A stretch of 41,112 nt of DNA from NCBI GenBank assembly GCA_937897215.1, contig CALCBQ010000049.1, positions 1 through 41,112 on the forward strand. The letters run 5' to 3'. Position 1 is the first letter of the stretch. Each line of letters begins with the position of its first letter. The notes under the pieces were generated by a model. It worked only from the letters and a program-made list of their open reading frames with translations, ran no database searches and had not been told where the DNA came from. Below, in pieces: positions 16,262 through 24,473 of this stretch. Both the position numbers and the translations under genes were made by a program. This stretch comes from an uncultured Clostridia bacterium. Its GTDB lineage: Bacteria > Bacillota > Clostridia > Oscillospirales > Acutalibacteraceae.

Positions 16262-16747
16262 TTAAACGATTTCTGCTGTGAATGTAAGTGTATCTGTGTA
16301 GTTATCGATTGCAACTGATTTCCAGTCACCAAGAGCAATTTTAACTGTTACACTTGCAGTATCATCATAAACTGCAGAAGGTGCTGTAAATGTTGCGTTA
16401 TCAAGTGTGTAAGCAAGTTCGCCACCATTACTTGTCATTTTGTAAGCTGCGTCAGCGTCAGCAACTGTAACTTTAACAGCTTCGCCTGTTTTAAGCTGAC
16501 TTGCAACTGTATATTCAATGTCTTTTGATTCTGTTTCCCAAGGAAGTGTCTGAGTTGCAGGAATTGTAACTGTGTACCAAGCAACTTCAGTATCGCCGAT
16601 ACCGTCGTTATCAGTATCTTTCTTTGTGTCTGTATTGATGATTGTGTCGTTACCTGCGTTTGAGCCACCTGTAACAGCAGCAAAAGCAGGAACGCAAATT
16701 GCCATCATCATAACAAGTGCCATTGCGAGTGCTAAAATCTTTTTCAT
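16262..16747 (-). CDS. Small secreted paralog P6 (161 aa), with DxDxDG loop
   Basis: Signal peptide MKKILALAMALVMMMAICVPAFA. DTDNDGIGDTE insert at aa 44-54. Motifs YTVTIPATQTLPW, YTVASQL, VKVTV, LAYTL and YTDTLTFTAEIV. Confidence 0.85.
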   Translation of the reverse strand: MKKILALAMALVMMMAICVPAFAAVTGGSNAGNDTIINTDTKKDTDNDGIGDTEVAWYTVTIPATQTLPWETESKDIEYTVASQLKTGEAVKVTVADADAAYKMTSNGGELAYTLDNATFTAPSAVYDDTASVTVKIALGDWKSVAIDNYTDTLTFTAEIV

Positions 16748-16766
16748 GTTAATTTACCTCTTTTTG

Positions 16767-17231
16767 TTAAATATTTGTAAGCTCTGCGCTGAATGTTAAC
16801 GTTCCTATATAGTTATCAATTGAAGCTTTGTCCCAATTAGCAGTAGGAATTTGCACCACTACGCTTGATTTTTCTGCATTTTCAGGAAGAATAACAGATT
16901 TTGTTGTAGTGTACTGATTTGTACCACTCTTTAATGAATATTCAAGGAACGCAGTATTTGCTGCATTTTTCATTTTGCCGTCTGCATCAGCATCAACTGT
17001 AACTTTTACGCCTTTACCTGTTGCTAACTGACTATAAACTGAATATTCAACCGCTTTTTCGGTTTGTCCCCAAGTAATTGTTGCAGTAGCAGGAATTGTT
17101 ACTGTAAAAGATGCGCCAACTGTTGAGCCGTCAACTCTTACAGGAGTACTACCAACATATTCAGCAAATACAGGAACACAAATTGTGAACATTAACACGA
17201 TTGCAAGAGCCAATGAAAGTACTTTTTTCAT
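16767..17231 (-). CDS. Small secreted paralog P5 (154 aa)
   Basis: Signal peptide MKKVLSLALAIVLMFTICVPVFA. Motifs FTVTIPATATITW, YSVYSQL, VKVTV, LEYSL and YIGTLTFSAELTNI. Confidence 0.85.
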   Translation of the reverse strand: MKKVLSLALAIVLMFTICVPVFAEYVGSTPVRVDGSTVGASFTVTIPATATITWGQTEKAVEYSVYSQLATGKGVKVTVDADADGKMKNAANTAFLEYSLKSGTNQYTTTKSVILPENAEKSSVVVQIPTANWDKASIDNYIGTLTFSAELTNI

Positions 17232-17251
17232 ATTAAGCCCTCATTTCAAAA

Positions 17252-17719
17252 TTATGCATTAACAAGTTCTGCTTCAAATGTGATTGTTCCTTCATAAGTT
17301 GCAATTGAAGCAGCTGCCCATTCACTTGCATCAATTGTAAGATTGAATGCATGAGGTTCGTTGTTTACAACTGCACTTTTTGCAAGACCTGTTGTAGCGT
17401 CAGCAACTGCAAATTCGATTGTTTCGTTTGCAGCGTTTGTAAGGTCTTTTGATTTTGCAAGAGTAACTTTTACGCGTTTGTCTGTCTGCACCTGACTTGT
17501 AATCTTGTATGTGCCTTCTTTTGTTGTGTCGCCCCAAATAAGGTCAACTGATGCAGGGATTTCAACTGAATATGTGCCGTCGCCCTTGTCAGTAATACCG
17601 TCAACTAAAACTGTTGAATTGCCTGACTGTGTTGTAGCATTAAGTGTGCCTGCAAAAGCAGGAACCATAATCGCCATCATCATAACAAGAGCAAGAGCAA
17701 TTGAAATAATCTTTTTCAT
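17252..17719 (-). CDS. Small secreted paralog P4 (155 aa)
   Basis: Signal peptide MKKIISIALALVMMMAIMVPAFA. Motifs YSVEIPASVDLIW, YKITSQV, VKVTL and YEGTITFEAELVNA. Confidence 0.85.
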   Translation of the reverse strand: MKKIISIALALVMMMAIMVPAFAGTLNATTQSGNSTVLVDGITDKGDGTYSVEIPASVDLIWGDTTKEGTYKITSQVQTDKRVKVTLAKSKDLTNAANETIEFAVADATTGLAKSAVVNNEPHAFNLTIDASEWAAASIATYEGTITFEAELVNA

Positions 17720-17744
17720 AAATCTTATCTCCTAGCTGTTAAAA

Positions 17745-18227
17745 TTAAGCGTCAACAACTGTTGATGTAAATGTAAGTGTATCGCTATAAGTGTCGATAG
17801 CAGCAGCATTCCAAGCTGATTCTTCAACAACAATGCTATATGTGAATGTTGCATTTTCAGCTGTAACAACAGGGCTTGTTGTTTTTGCTGTAGTTGTACC
17901 AGTAAGTGTGTAAGCAAGAGTAGCGTTTGTAGCGTTTAACATATTGAGTCCATCGCCTGTATCAGCAACTACAACCTGAACACATTTACCTGTTCTGAGA
18001 TTTGAGTCAACTGAATAGCTGAAGTTTGTTGTAACTGTGTTCCAAACAATATTCATTGTTGCAGGGTAAGTAACTGTGTAAGTACCGTCGCCTGTGATTG
18101 CAGATGTATCTGTAACTACCTGTGCAGTACCTGACTGTGTTGTAGCATTAAGTTCAGCTGCAAATGCTGGAACCATAATAGCCATCATCATAACAAGTGC
18201 CATTACTAAAGAAATAACTTTTTTCAT
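17745..18227 (-). CDS. Small secreted paralog P3 (160 aa)
   Basis: Signal peptide MKKVISLVMALVMMMAIMVPAFA. Motifs YTVTYPATMNIVW, YSVDSNL, VQVVV, LAYTL and YSDTLTFTSTVVDA. Confidence 0.85.
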   Translation of the reverse strand: MKKVISLVMALVMMMAIMVPAFAAELNATTQSGTAQVVTDTSAITGDGTYTVTYPATMNIVWNTVTTNFSYSVDSNLRTGKCVQVVVADTGDGLNMLNATNATLAYTLTGTTTAKTTSPVVTAENATFTYSIVVEESAWNAAAIDTYSDTLTFTSTVVDA

Positions 18228-18257
18228 AATCTATATCTCCTTTAATTATTTATAAAA

Positions 18258-18758
18258 TTATACTCTTTCAATTTCTGCTGTGTATGTGAGAATATCTTTA
18301 TATTCTTCAACAACTGCTGAATTCCAGTTATCTGCAGTAATATTAACATTAACTGTCTTTGTTGCTGCAGGATAAATTGTAGGTACTGTTGAATTGAAAG
18401 CAGCGCCTTCGCCTACGAGAGCGTATGCAATTTCATAAGCACCGTCATTTGTTTTCATAACGCCTGCACCTGATACTGTAACCTTAACTCTACCATCTCT
18501 CTTAAGGTGTGATTCAACTGTGTATGAAACATCAGTGTCTTCTGTACCCCAAGGGATTGTTGTGTCAGCAGGAATTGTAACTGTGTATTCTTCTGCATCT
18601 GTGTCGCCGATACCGTCATCGTCAGTATCTTTTAATGTTGATGTGTTGATGATAACATCTGCCTCATCAGGATTTGCATTAAGTTCTACTGCAAATGCAG
18701 GAACCATAACAGCCATCATCATAACAAGTGCCATTGCGAGTGATAAAATCTTTTTCAT
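18258..18758 (-). CDS. Small secreted paralog P2 (166 aa), with DxDxDG loop
   Basis: Signal peptide MKKILSLAMALVMMMAVMVPAFA. DTDDDGIGDTD insert at aa 44-54. Motifs YTVTIPADTTIPW, YTVESHL, VKVTV, IAYAL and YKDILTYTAEIERV. Confidence 0.85.
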   Translation of the reverse strand: MKKILSLAMALVMMMAVMVPAFAVELNANPDEADVIINTSTLKDTDDDGIGDTDAEEYTVTIPADTTIPWGTEDTDVSYTVESHLKRDGRVKVTVSGAGVMKTNDGAYEIAYALVGEGAAFNSTVPTIYPAATKTVNVNITADNWNSAVVEEYKDILTYTAEIERV

Positions 18759-18797
18759 AATTGTTTTCTCCTTTATATAAAGATTAAATTTACTATT

Positions 18798-19247
18798 TTA
18801 GACCGCATCGGTATATTCAGCAGTGAATGTTAAAATATCACTGTGTTTACCGCTTGCGGCATGAAGCCATTCATTATCTTCAACCTCTACTGATAGAGTG
18901 AAGCTTTCACCATAATCACCAGGGAAGAAAGAGATGTTGCCGCTTAATAAACTGTATGCGATAGTTTTCTCACTATCTTTTTCGTTTACCAAATTATAAT
19001 TGTTTTGCGAAGAAACTGAAACATTTACCATTTTGTCAGGTTCAATAAGCATTTTTGTTGCTGTTACTTCGCCAATATCCATAGCAGTTGTCTGCCACGG
19101 AATTTCAATGTCTGCAGGATAAGTCAACTCGTATTCTACTGCATCAGCCTTTGTGGAAATCTCCATTGACTGGTTACCTGCAAATACTGGTGTAACGCAA
19201 AGTGTAAGCATTACAATCGCTAATCCTACGGAAAAGAATTTTTTCAT
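18798..19247 (-). CDS. Small secreted paralog P1 (most divergent member)
   Basis: Signal peptide MKKFFSVGLAIVMLTLCVTPVFA. Motifs YELTYPADIEIPW, VNVSV, IAYSL and HSDILTFTAEYTDAV. I prefer the ATG at 19247 because GGAGGAG lies 9 nt upstream; the ORF-track ATG at 19256 abuts the Shine-Dalgarno. Confidence 0.8.
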   Translation of the reverse strand: MKKFFSVGLAIVMLTLCVTPVFAGNQSMEISTKADAVEYELTYPADIEIPWQTTAMDIGEVTATKMLIEPDKMVNVSVSSQNNYNLVNEKDSEKTIAYSLLSGNISFFPGDYGESFTLSVEVEDNEWLHAASGKHSDILTFTAEYTDAV

Positions 19248-19268
19248 TTCTGTCATCTCCTCCCCTTA

Positions 19269-22200
19269 TTAACTTGTTACGTCGACTGTATAAGTCAACT
19301 GCGTACTATATGCGCCAACAGGAACATTGTCCCAAGCGGTTTGCTCAATCTTAATGCTTGGTTTATCTGGTGGTGTTGTGCCTGTTGCCACATCGCCTGT
19401 AAATGTTGTTTCTTTAAAGTTTGTTGCCGTGAAAGCAAGTGTATGTGTGCCTGTTGAATCAACAAGCTTACCTGCTTCTGCACCTGAATCTTCAACACTT
19501 ACTAAAAGTTTTTTGTTAGCAAGTGATGCTTCAACTGAGTAAGAAACATCAACATTATCAGTTGTGTCCCAATCAACCTGAACTTTTGCAGGGATTGTAA
19601 CTGTGTAAGCCGTAGCAAGTGTACCAGTAAATGTTACAGGTAATTCCAGTGTTGCAATCGGAACAAGGTCTGCGCCTGTAAGCCCCGCATCAATATCTGC
19701 AGTTTCATAAACATTAAAGGTAATTGAGCCTTCATAAACTGCATCTTTAGGAACAGCACTTGCAATAGTTGAGTCAACTGCAATTTGAAGCGGAACTCTT
19801 GCAAAAACTTCGTCAGGATACAAGTTATCGTATTCTCCCAATGTCAACGGAGTATCTGCTGTAAGACCGTCAACAGTGAATGAGTTAAGGTCAGCAAATG
19901 TTGTGCCCGAAGTTTGTGTAAGCTTTAAATCTGAAACTGCTTGAAGTGTAACTGTTGTGTCAAGCAATGCTGCAATATACGACAAATCAACATAAGCAGT
20001 ATCTTTCATTGACTCTTCGTCGTTATTATTAAGTGTAACTGTAGCCAATGAACTACCATCTGTTTCAGCATCCATAATTGAAATATCACTTACAGAGAAC
20101 AATCTGACAATTTTCTGTTCAAGCTCATAAAGCTCTTCAACATTATAATAAGCAGGTAAAAATGAGTTGTATTCGTCAAGAATGTCTTTTACATATTGAA
20201 GCTCATCTGCTGAGAAACGAACCCTGTTTGCAATATGTTCACTTGCAATATTATAAACTGTCTGCAATTTTTCTTGGAAAGTAAGAATACCACCTTTTAT
20301 TTCCTCACCATCAATGTTATAGGTTTCGGTATTTTTAAGGAAATAAGTGAAACCACGGGATGTATTCTTAAGCTGTGGATAAATTGAACCGTCGTCAATA
20401 GAAGTTTTTGAATAATATTGTAACGGACTATAGTTATCTCCAAAGAATTTTTCTACACTATCTCTGTCAGCGATGCTTAAGAAATTACCAATTTTATAAT
20501 TATCAGAATCAGTAACACTTTCGTCCTTATCATCAAGTATACCGTCATCTTCATAATCGTATTTCACATTATACAAATCGGTAATCTTAGGAAGGAATGC
20601 AAGAGCTTCATTCTTGATGTTTTCAAGAGTTACAGTCATTCTCATTGCCATATTATAGGCATTTAAGAACTGTTCTTTCACCGTTGGGTCAAGAACGGTA
20701 TTTTTCTGACTTACTGTATATCTGCTGTAACTTTCTTTATAGTATTTAATAATTTCTTCAGCTTTAGCCTTGTCAATTCCCATAGAAGCATAGTTTGGAA
20801 TCGGCACTTTATTACCTGCATCATCTTCGCCTATAACAAATCCCGGATAAGGAATGTCACTTTCGCCGTCAACTGTAGTTGTTCTTATAACTTCAGGAAG
20901 AGAGTTTACAAAATCCGTAAGCTGAGCAGGGTCATAATTAGGCGGCAGAATTTTCGTAGTGTCATTAGCATATTCTGCATATGAATCAAGAACCGCCTTT
21001 GCTTCTGTTACCTTTCCCTGTTGGAAAGGCACAAGAGCGTTATACTTTGCAAGTGCATCATCATATCTCGCTTTAATTGTTGCTGCATCATAAGGGTCAA
21101 TAGCCTTAACTGCCTCTTCAAACTGCTTAGCAGGAAGTGATTTTGCATTAAATACTTCTGCATAAGATTTGTCACTTCTTGTTGAATAAGCTGAATACCA
21201 ATCTGAATAAGTAAAACCTACATTATCGAAAATAACGCTCTTCTCATCAAGAGAATCGCCATTTACACCTGCAATACAGAACTGAACAGCAAAGATGTTG
21301 TTCAAATATGTTGCATTTTCGTCCATCTTGGTTTCGCTGGTTGTCATACCCAAAATCGAACTTTCCTTAACCTTAATGTGATAAAGAGGAATCATAATAT
21401 ATCCCTTATATCCATCCAGACCAAGCGCGTCTCCCCAAGCAGAGTTTTGGGCTGAATTAAATACATACTGGCTAGTTGTGTGGTTAAGAATCCATTGGCC
21501 TTGTGTTGGCGAACCTTCCTTGGAATCAAGAATGAAGTATTTCCAGTTTTCTTTTTTGTAATTTTCACCACCAAGAGTGGCATCGCCCATATTAACACGA
21601 GCCTTAATAAAGCGACCGTTTCCATCGTGTGTAAAAAGATTAACTGTAAAATGGAAGTTTTTAATTTTAGAAAAGTCTACATAGAAAACGATTGAAAGTG
21701 GGGTCTTTTCAGTACCACCTGTATATTCTCCCTGAGCAAGTCCACCAAGGTTTACTCCTGACATATTGTTGCTATAGCCAGCGCCTATTGGGTTTCCATC
21801 TTTTGTAAGCGTAACTGTATGGTAAGAACCATCGTTTTCAGATGCAGTAAACGCACTATCTACATAAAGGTTTGCACCCTTAGATTTCATATATCCTTCG
21901 TTCGTAATGGTTGCCCAAGATGCATTATAATTCACCTTGCCATCCATTGCCTCTTGACTCTTATCCTCATCTGTTGTTACATATCCATAATAGTCACTAT
22001 CTGTAATATTAGCCGTGCCATTTGTTGTGTAAGTAACAAGACTCTTAGTATGTCTCCAGTCATTTGCAAGATTACTTGTACCTGCTACCACACCATTGGC
22101 ACTCTGAAATCCTGTAGTGTAAGCATCTTGGTTATCTTCAAGCTGCCAAGCTTTTTCACCAATTTCGTATTTCTCAAAATCATTGAATACTATGAACGGA

Positions 22201-24434
22201 TTGTCTGCAAGCTGTTGACCAACTATAAAGTCGTCTTCTATTTTTTCAGTACCATCAAGGAGTGCTACATATTTAAGGATTTTTTCTTCTTCAGCTTTAC
22301 CTAACATATCAAGCTGACCAATGTTTAAGAGAGCATACGCTTTCCAGATTTTAATGATTTCTATACGAAGAGCATCACTAACAGATGAAATATTTTCAGG
22401 TGCAGGAAGTTTTTCCATAGCACGAATAATAAGAGGAACAAGTTCGTTTCTATCTGCATTAGCACTACCATAAGTTCCTGCTGCTACGCACTTTTCATAA
22501 GCATCCCAAGCTTTTGCCCAGGAATCTCTGCCAAGCTTCTCAGCCGCTGCCGCAAGACCTATGCCATCACCATCGTCCGTCTTATCAAGAGATAAGAATG
22601 CGGTATCTCTACCCTTTGACTCATAAATTTGTCTATATGTTTCAATTAAATCAAAAATGTACTCGATTTCACGATAGTCAGCCCAGTCAGGGTCTTCTAT
22701 ATATTTATCAATCTCATCAAAAATAATTCTTGAAATTTCTAATGCTTCGTCATAATAAACTGACATAGGGTCGCCGGTGTTTGGTTTATTGTTAAGAGTG
22801 TTCTCTGTATACTTATCATACTTATCGTCATTTTCACGATAGAAGAAGATGTTATCAACATAGAAGCTATGTTGAAGACTGTCTGCTGAACAACCCTCAA
22901 TAGAAAAACCTGCGTTGTAGATATCTTCAATAGCTTTAAGACCTGCTTCTCTGTTCTGAACCATACCATTTGCTATGTAAGCACGGTCAGCTGAATAATT
23001 TCCCGTTGTAACAGTTGTCTTTGCTTGAGTCTCATCAAGTGGAACTGCAAGCATAAAACCTGCTTTTGAATAATCAATAGGAGGATTACCGTTTGTGTAG
23101 CTTTGCTTCAAATGTGTAATTCCGTCAGCATTGAACAAATATAAGTGTCTGTCGCCTCCATTCATAAAACCTGAACTTGAGCGTAAACCTCTGCGGTGAA
23201 TCAGAAGTGCATCCTGTATACTTGTACCCGCTTTGTCAACAGTAATTTTACCAAAAGTCATTGACCTTAGCCAATTTTGAACATCAGAATCCTGAACGGT
23301 GTTATTAATACCACTTTTATAATCGTGTCCTGCCGCCAAGTCCTGATTACTGATATCTATATAAGAATCAGTTTCCGAACACATAAACTTAAGAGGTACA
23401 CGTACATAACCTTTGAAGTTGCCAATATCAGCAGTACCATCAGCATTAAGCATAACCTTATTCCATCCACCGTCTTCACGCTGAACATATACATAAGGGT
23501 CCTCGCCTGTGTATGTTGGAGCCGCTGTACCTTTTGTTGAATAAACTATAGAACCAACTCTCTGATAGGTATCAAGAGTTGTATCATCATCTATCCACTC
23601 TAACCACATTTTTTCATTTGTACGAAGTCTGAAAGATACGCCTTTAAGCTCTACATTTGTAAGGTCCATCCAATACCACATTTCTGTAGCACCCTTATAA
23701 TCCCATGTTGAACGAGAATAAGAGGTGTCAAAAATCTGTGTGCTTGTTGGCTGATTATTCATTATAAAACGAAGGGCCTTGGTATCACCAATATTATCTG
23801 TCAAATCCTCTGTACCGGCTTCAGACGCAGTTCCCATATAAAGTAGTTGACCGCCTGTAACCACACCGTCGTCTGTTCCACCACTTTCAAAAGTCATAAT
23901 TTCACGAACGGCTGTATTACTTGTTGAAAATCCTTCAAATTTTTCAGGGTCAAGACCGATTGCAGGAATATCCGAAACAGTTGCATACATTGACTGTGAG
24001 AACCAATTTTCGTTATCAACTGCTGTGATTGTTACGCTGTAGCGATTGTTCTCAAAATCAATTGTGCCAATATCGGCTGCCTTGAAGGTTGCTGATGTTC
24101 CTGTTACTTTAATTGTATCAAGAACATTCTTTTGGTGAACCGCATTCTTCGCACCCATATCAACAAGTTCAAGAATATAAAAAGCAATAGTTGTTGTCTC
24201 ACCCTTGAATGTTTCTTTAGGTGTAGCTGCCGGAAATTCTACCTGAATATTTCCGTCATCATCAAGCCACGCATCAGCACCTTGTTTAATAGCATCCTCA
24301 CTGAAATATGGTGCAGGGTCATAGGAGCCGGGAATTATTTCCGCGCCCACCATCATAAACGGTATGGATGCAATAATCATTACCAACGCGAGTGCGATAG
24401 CTATGCACTTTTTGGAAGATATTTTTTTCTTCAT
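19269..24434 (-). CDS. Giant secreted surface protein (1721 aa) whose C-terminal module is homologous to the small paralogs
   Basis: Signal peptide MKKKISSKKCIAIALALVMIIASIPFMMVGA. Two internally duplicated beta-sandwich-like modules (aa ~165-533 and ~745-1076) end in FYVDNIFFY and VIFDNVGFTY. A long helical Tyr-rich middle follows. The last ~113 aa read AYTVTIPAKVQVDW...SYSVEASL...LLVSV...LAFTA...VGAYSTQLTYTVDVTS. Confidence 0.85.
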   Translation of the reverse strand: MKKKISSKKCIAIALALVMIIASIPFMMVGAEIIPGSYDPAPYFSEDAIKQGADAWLDDDGNIQVEFPAATPKETFKGETTTIAFYILELVDMGAKNAVHQKNVLDTIKVTGTSATFKAADIGTIDFENNRYSVTITAVDNENWFSQSMYATVSDIPAIGLDPEKFEGFSTSNTAVREIMTFESGGTDDGVVTGGQLLYMGTASEAGTEDLTDNIGDTKALRFIMNNQPTSTQIFDTSYSRSTWDYKGATEMWYWMDLTNVELKGVSFRLRTNEKMWLEWIDDDTTLDTYQRVGSIVYSTKGTAAPTYTGEDPYVYVQREDGGWNKVMLNADGTADIGNFKGYVRVPLKFMCSETDSYIDISNQDLAAGHDYKSGINNTVQDSDVQNWLRSMTFGKITVDKAGTSIQDALLIHRRGLRSSSGFMNGGDRHLYLFNADGITHLKQSYTNGNPPIDYSKAGFMLAVPLDETQAKTTVTTGNYSADRAYIANGMVQNREAGLKAIEDIYNAGFSIEGCSADSLQHSFYVDNIFFYRENDDKYDKYTENTLNNKPNTGDPMSVYYDEALEISRIIFDEIDKYIEDPDWADYREIEYIFDLIETYRQIYESKGRDTAFLSLDKTDDGDGIGLAAAAEKLGRDSWAKAWDAYEKCVAAGTYGSANADRNELVPLIIRAMEKLPAPENISSVSDALRIEIIKIWKAYALLNIGQLDMLGKAEEEKILKYVALLDGTEKIEDDFIVGQQLADNPFIVFNDFEKYEIGEKAWQLEDNQDAYTTGFQSANGVVAGTSNLANDWRHTKSLVTYTTNGTANITDSDYYGYVTTDEDKSQEAMDGKVNYNASWATITNEGYMKSKGANLYVDSAFTASENDGSYHTVTLTKDGNPIGAGYSNNMSGVNLGGLAQGEYTGGTEKTPLSIVFYVDFSKIKNFHFTVNLFTHDGNGRFIKARVNMGDATLGGENYKKENWKYFILDSKEGSPTQGQWILNHTTSQYVFNSAQNSAWGDALGLDGYKGYIMIPLYHIKVKESSILGMTTSETKMDENATYLNNIFAVQFCIAGVNGDSLDEKSVIFDNVGFTYSDWYSAYSTRSDKSYAEVFNAKSLPAKQFEEAVKAIDPYDAATIKARYDDALAKYNALVPFQQGKVTEAKAVLDSYAEYANDTTKILPPNYDPAQLTDFVNSLPEVIRTTTVDGESDIPYPGFVIGEDDAGNKVPIPNYASMGIDKAKAEEIIKYYKESYSRYTVSQKNTVLDPTVKEQFLNAYNMAMRMTVTLENIKNEALAFLPKITDLYNVKYDYEDDGILDDKDESVTDSDNYKIGNFLSIADRDSVEKFFGDNYSPLQYYSKTSIDDGSIYPQLKNTSRGFTYFLKNTETYNIDGEEIKGGILTFQEKLQTVYNIASEHIANRVRFSADELQYVKDILDEYNSFLPAYYNVEELYELEQKIVRLFSVSDISIMDAETDGSSLATVTLNNNDEESMKDTAYVDLSYIAALLDTTVTLQAVSDLKLTQTSGTTFADLNSFTVDGLTADTPLTLGEYDNLYPDEVFARVPLQIAVDSTIASAVPKDAVYEGSITFNVYETADIDAGLTGADLVPIATLELPVTFTGTLATAYTVTIPAKVQVDWDTTDNVDVSYSVEASLANKKLLVSVEDSGAEAGKLVDSTGTHTLAFTATNFKETTFTGDVATGTTPPDKPSIKIEQTAWDNVPVGAYSTQLTYTVDVTS

Positions 24435-24473
24435 ACTCTTCTTCCTTTCTGTTTCTAATCTATATAAAGTAAA

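Noticed and set aside
15737-19256. Periodic ~480-510-bp recurrence of a near-identical ~50-nt segment, considered as a CRISPR-like or satellite array
   Set aside because: The repeated segment is the signal-peptide coding region of seven intact paralogous ORFs. The period is far too long for CRISPR and no cas genes are present.
21392-24458. Multiple 60-160-aa ORFs on both strands inside the giant gene (for example 21819-22304 and 24132-24458)
   Set aside because: All are nested within or antisense to the uninterrupted 5166-nt reading frame. They show no independent ribosome-binding sites or motifs.
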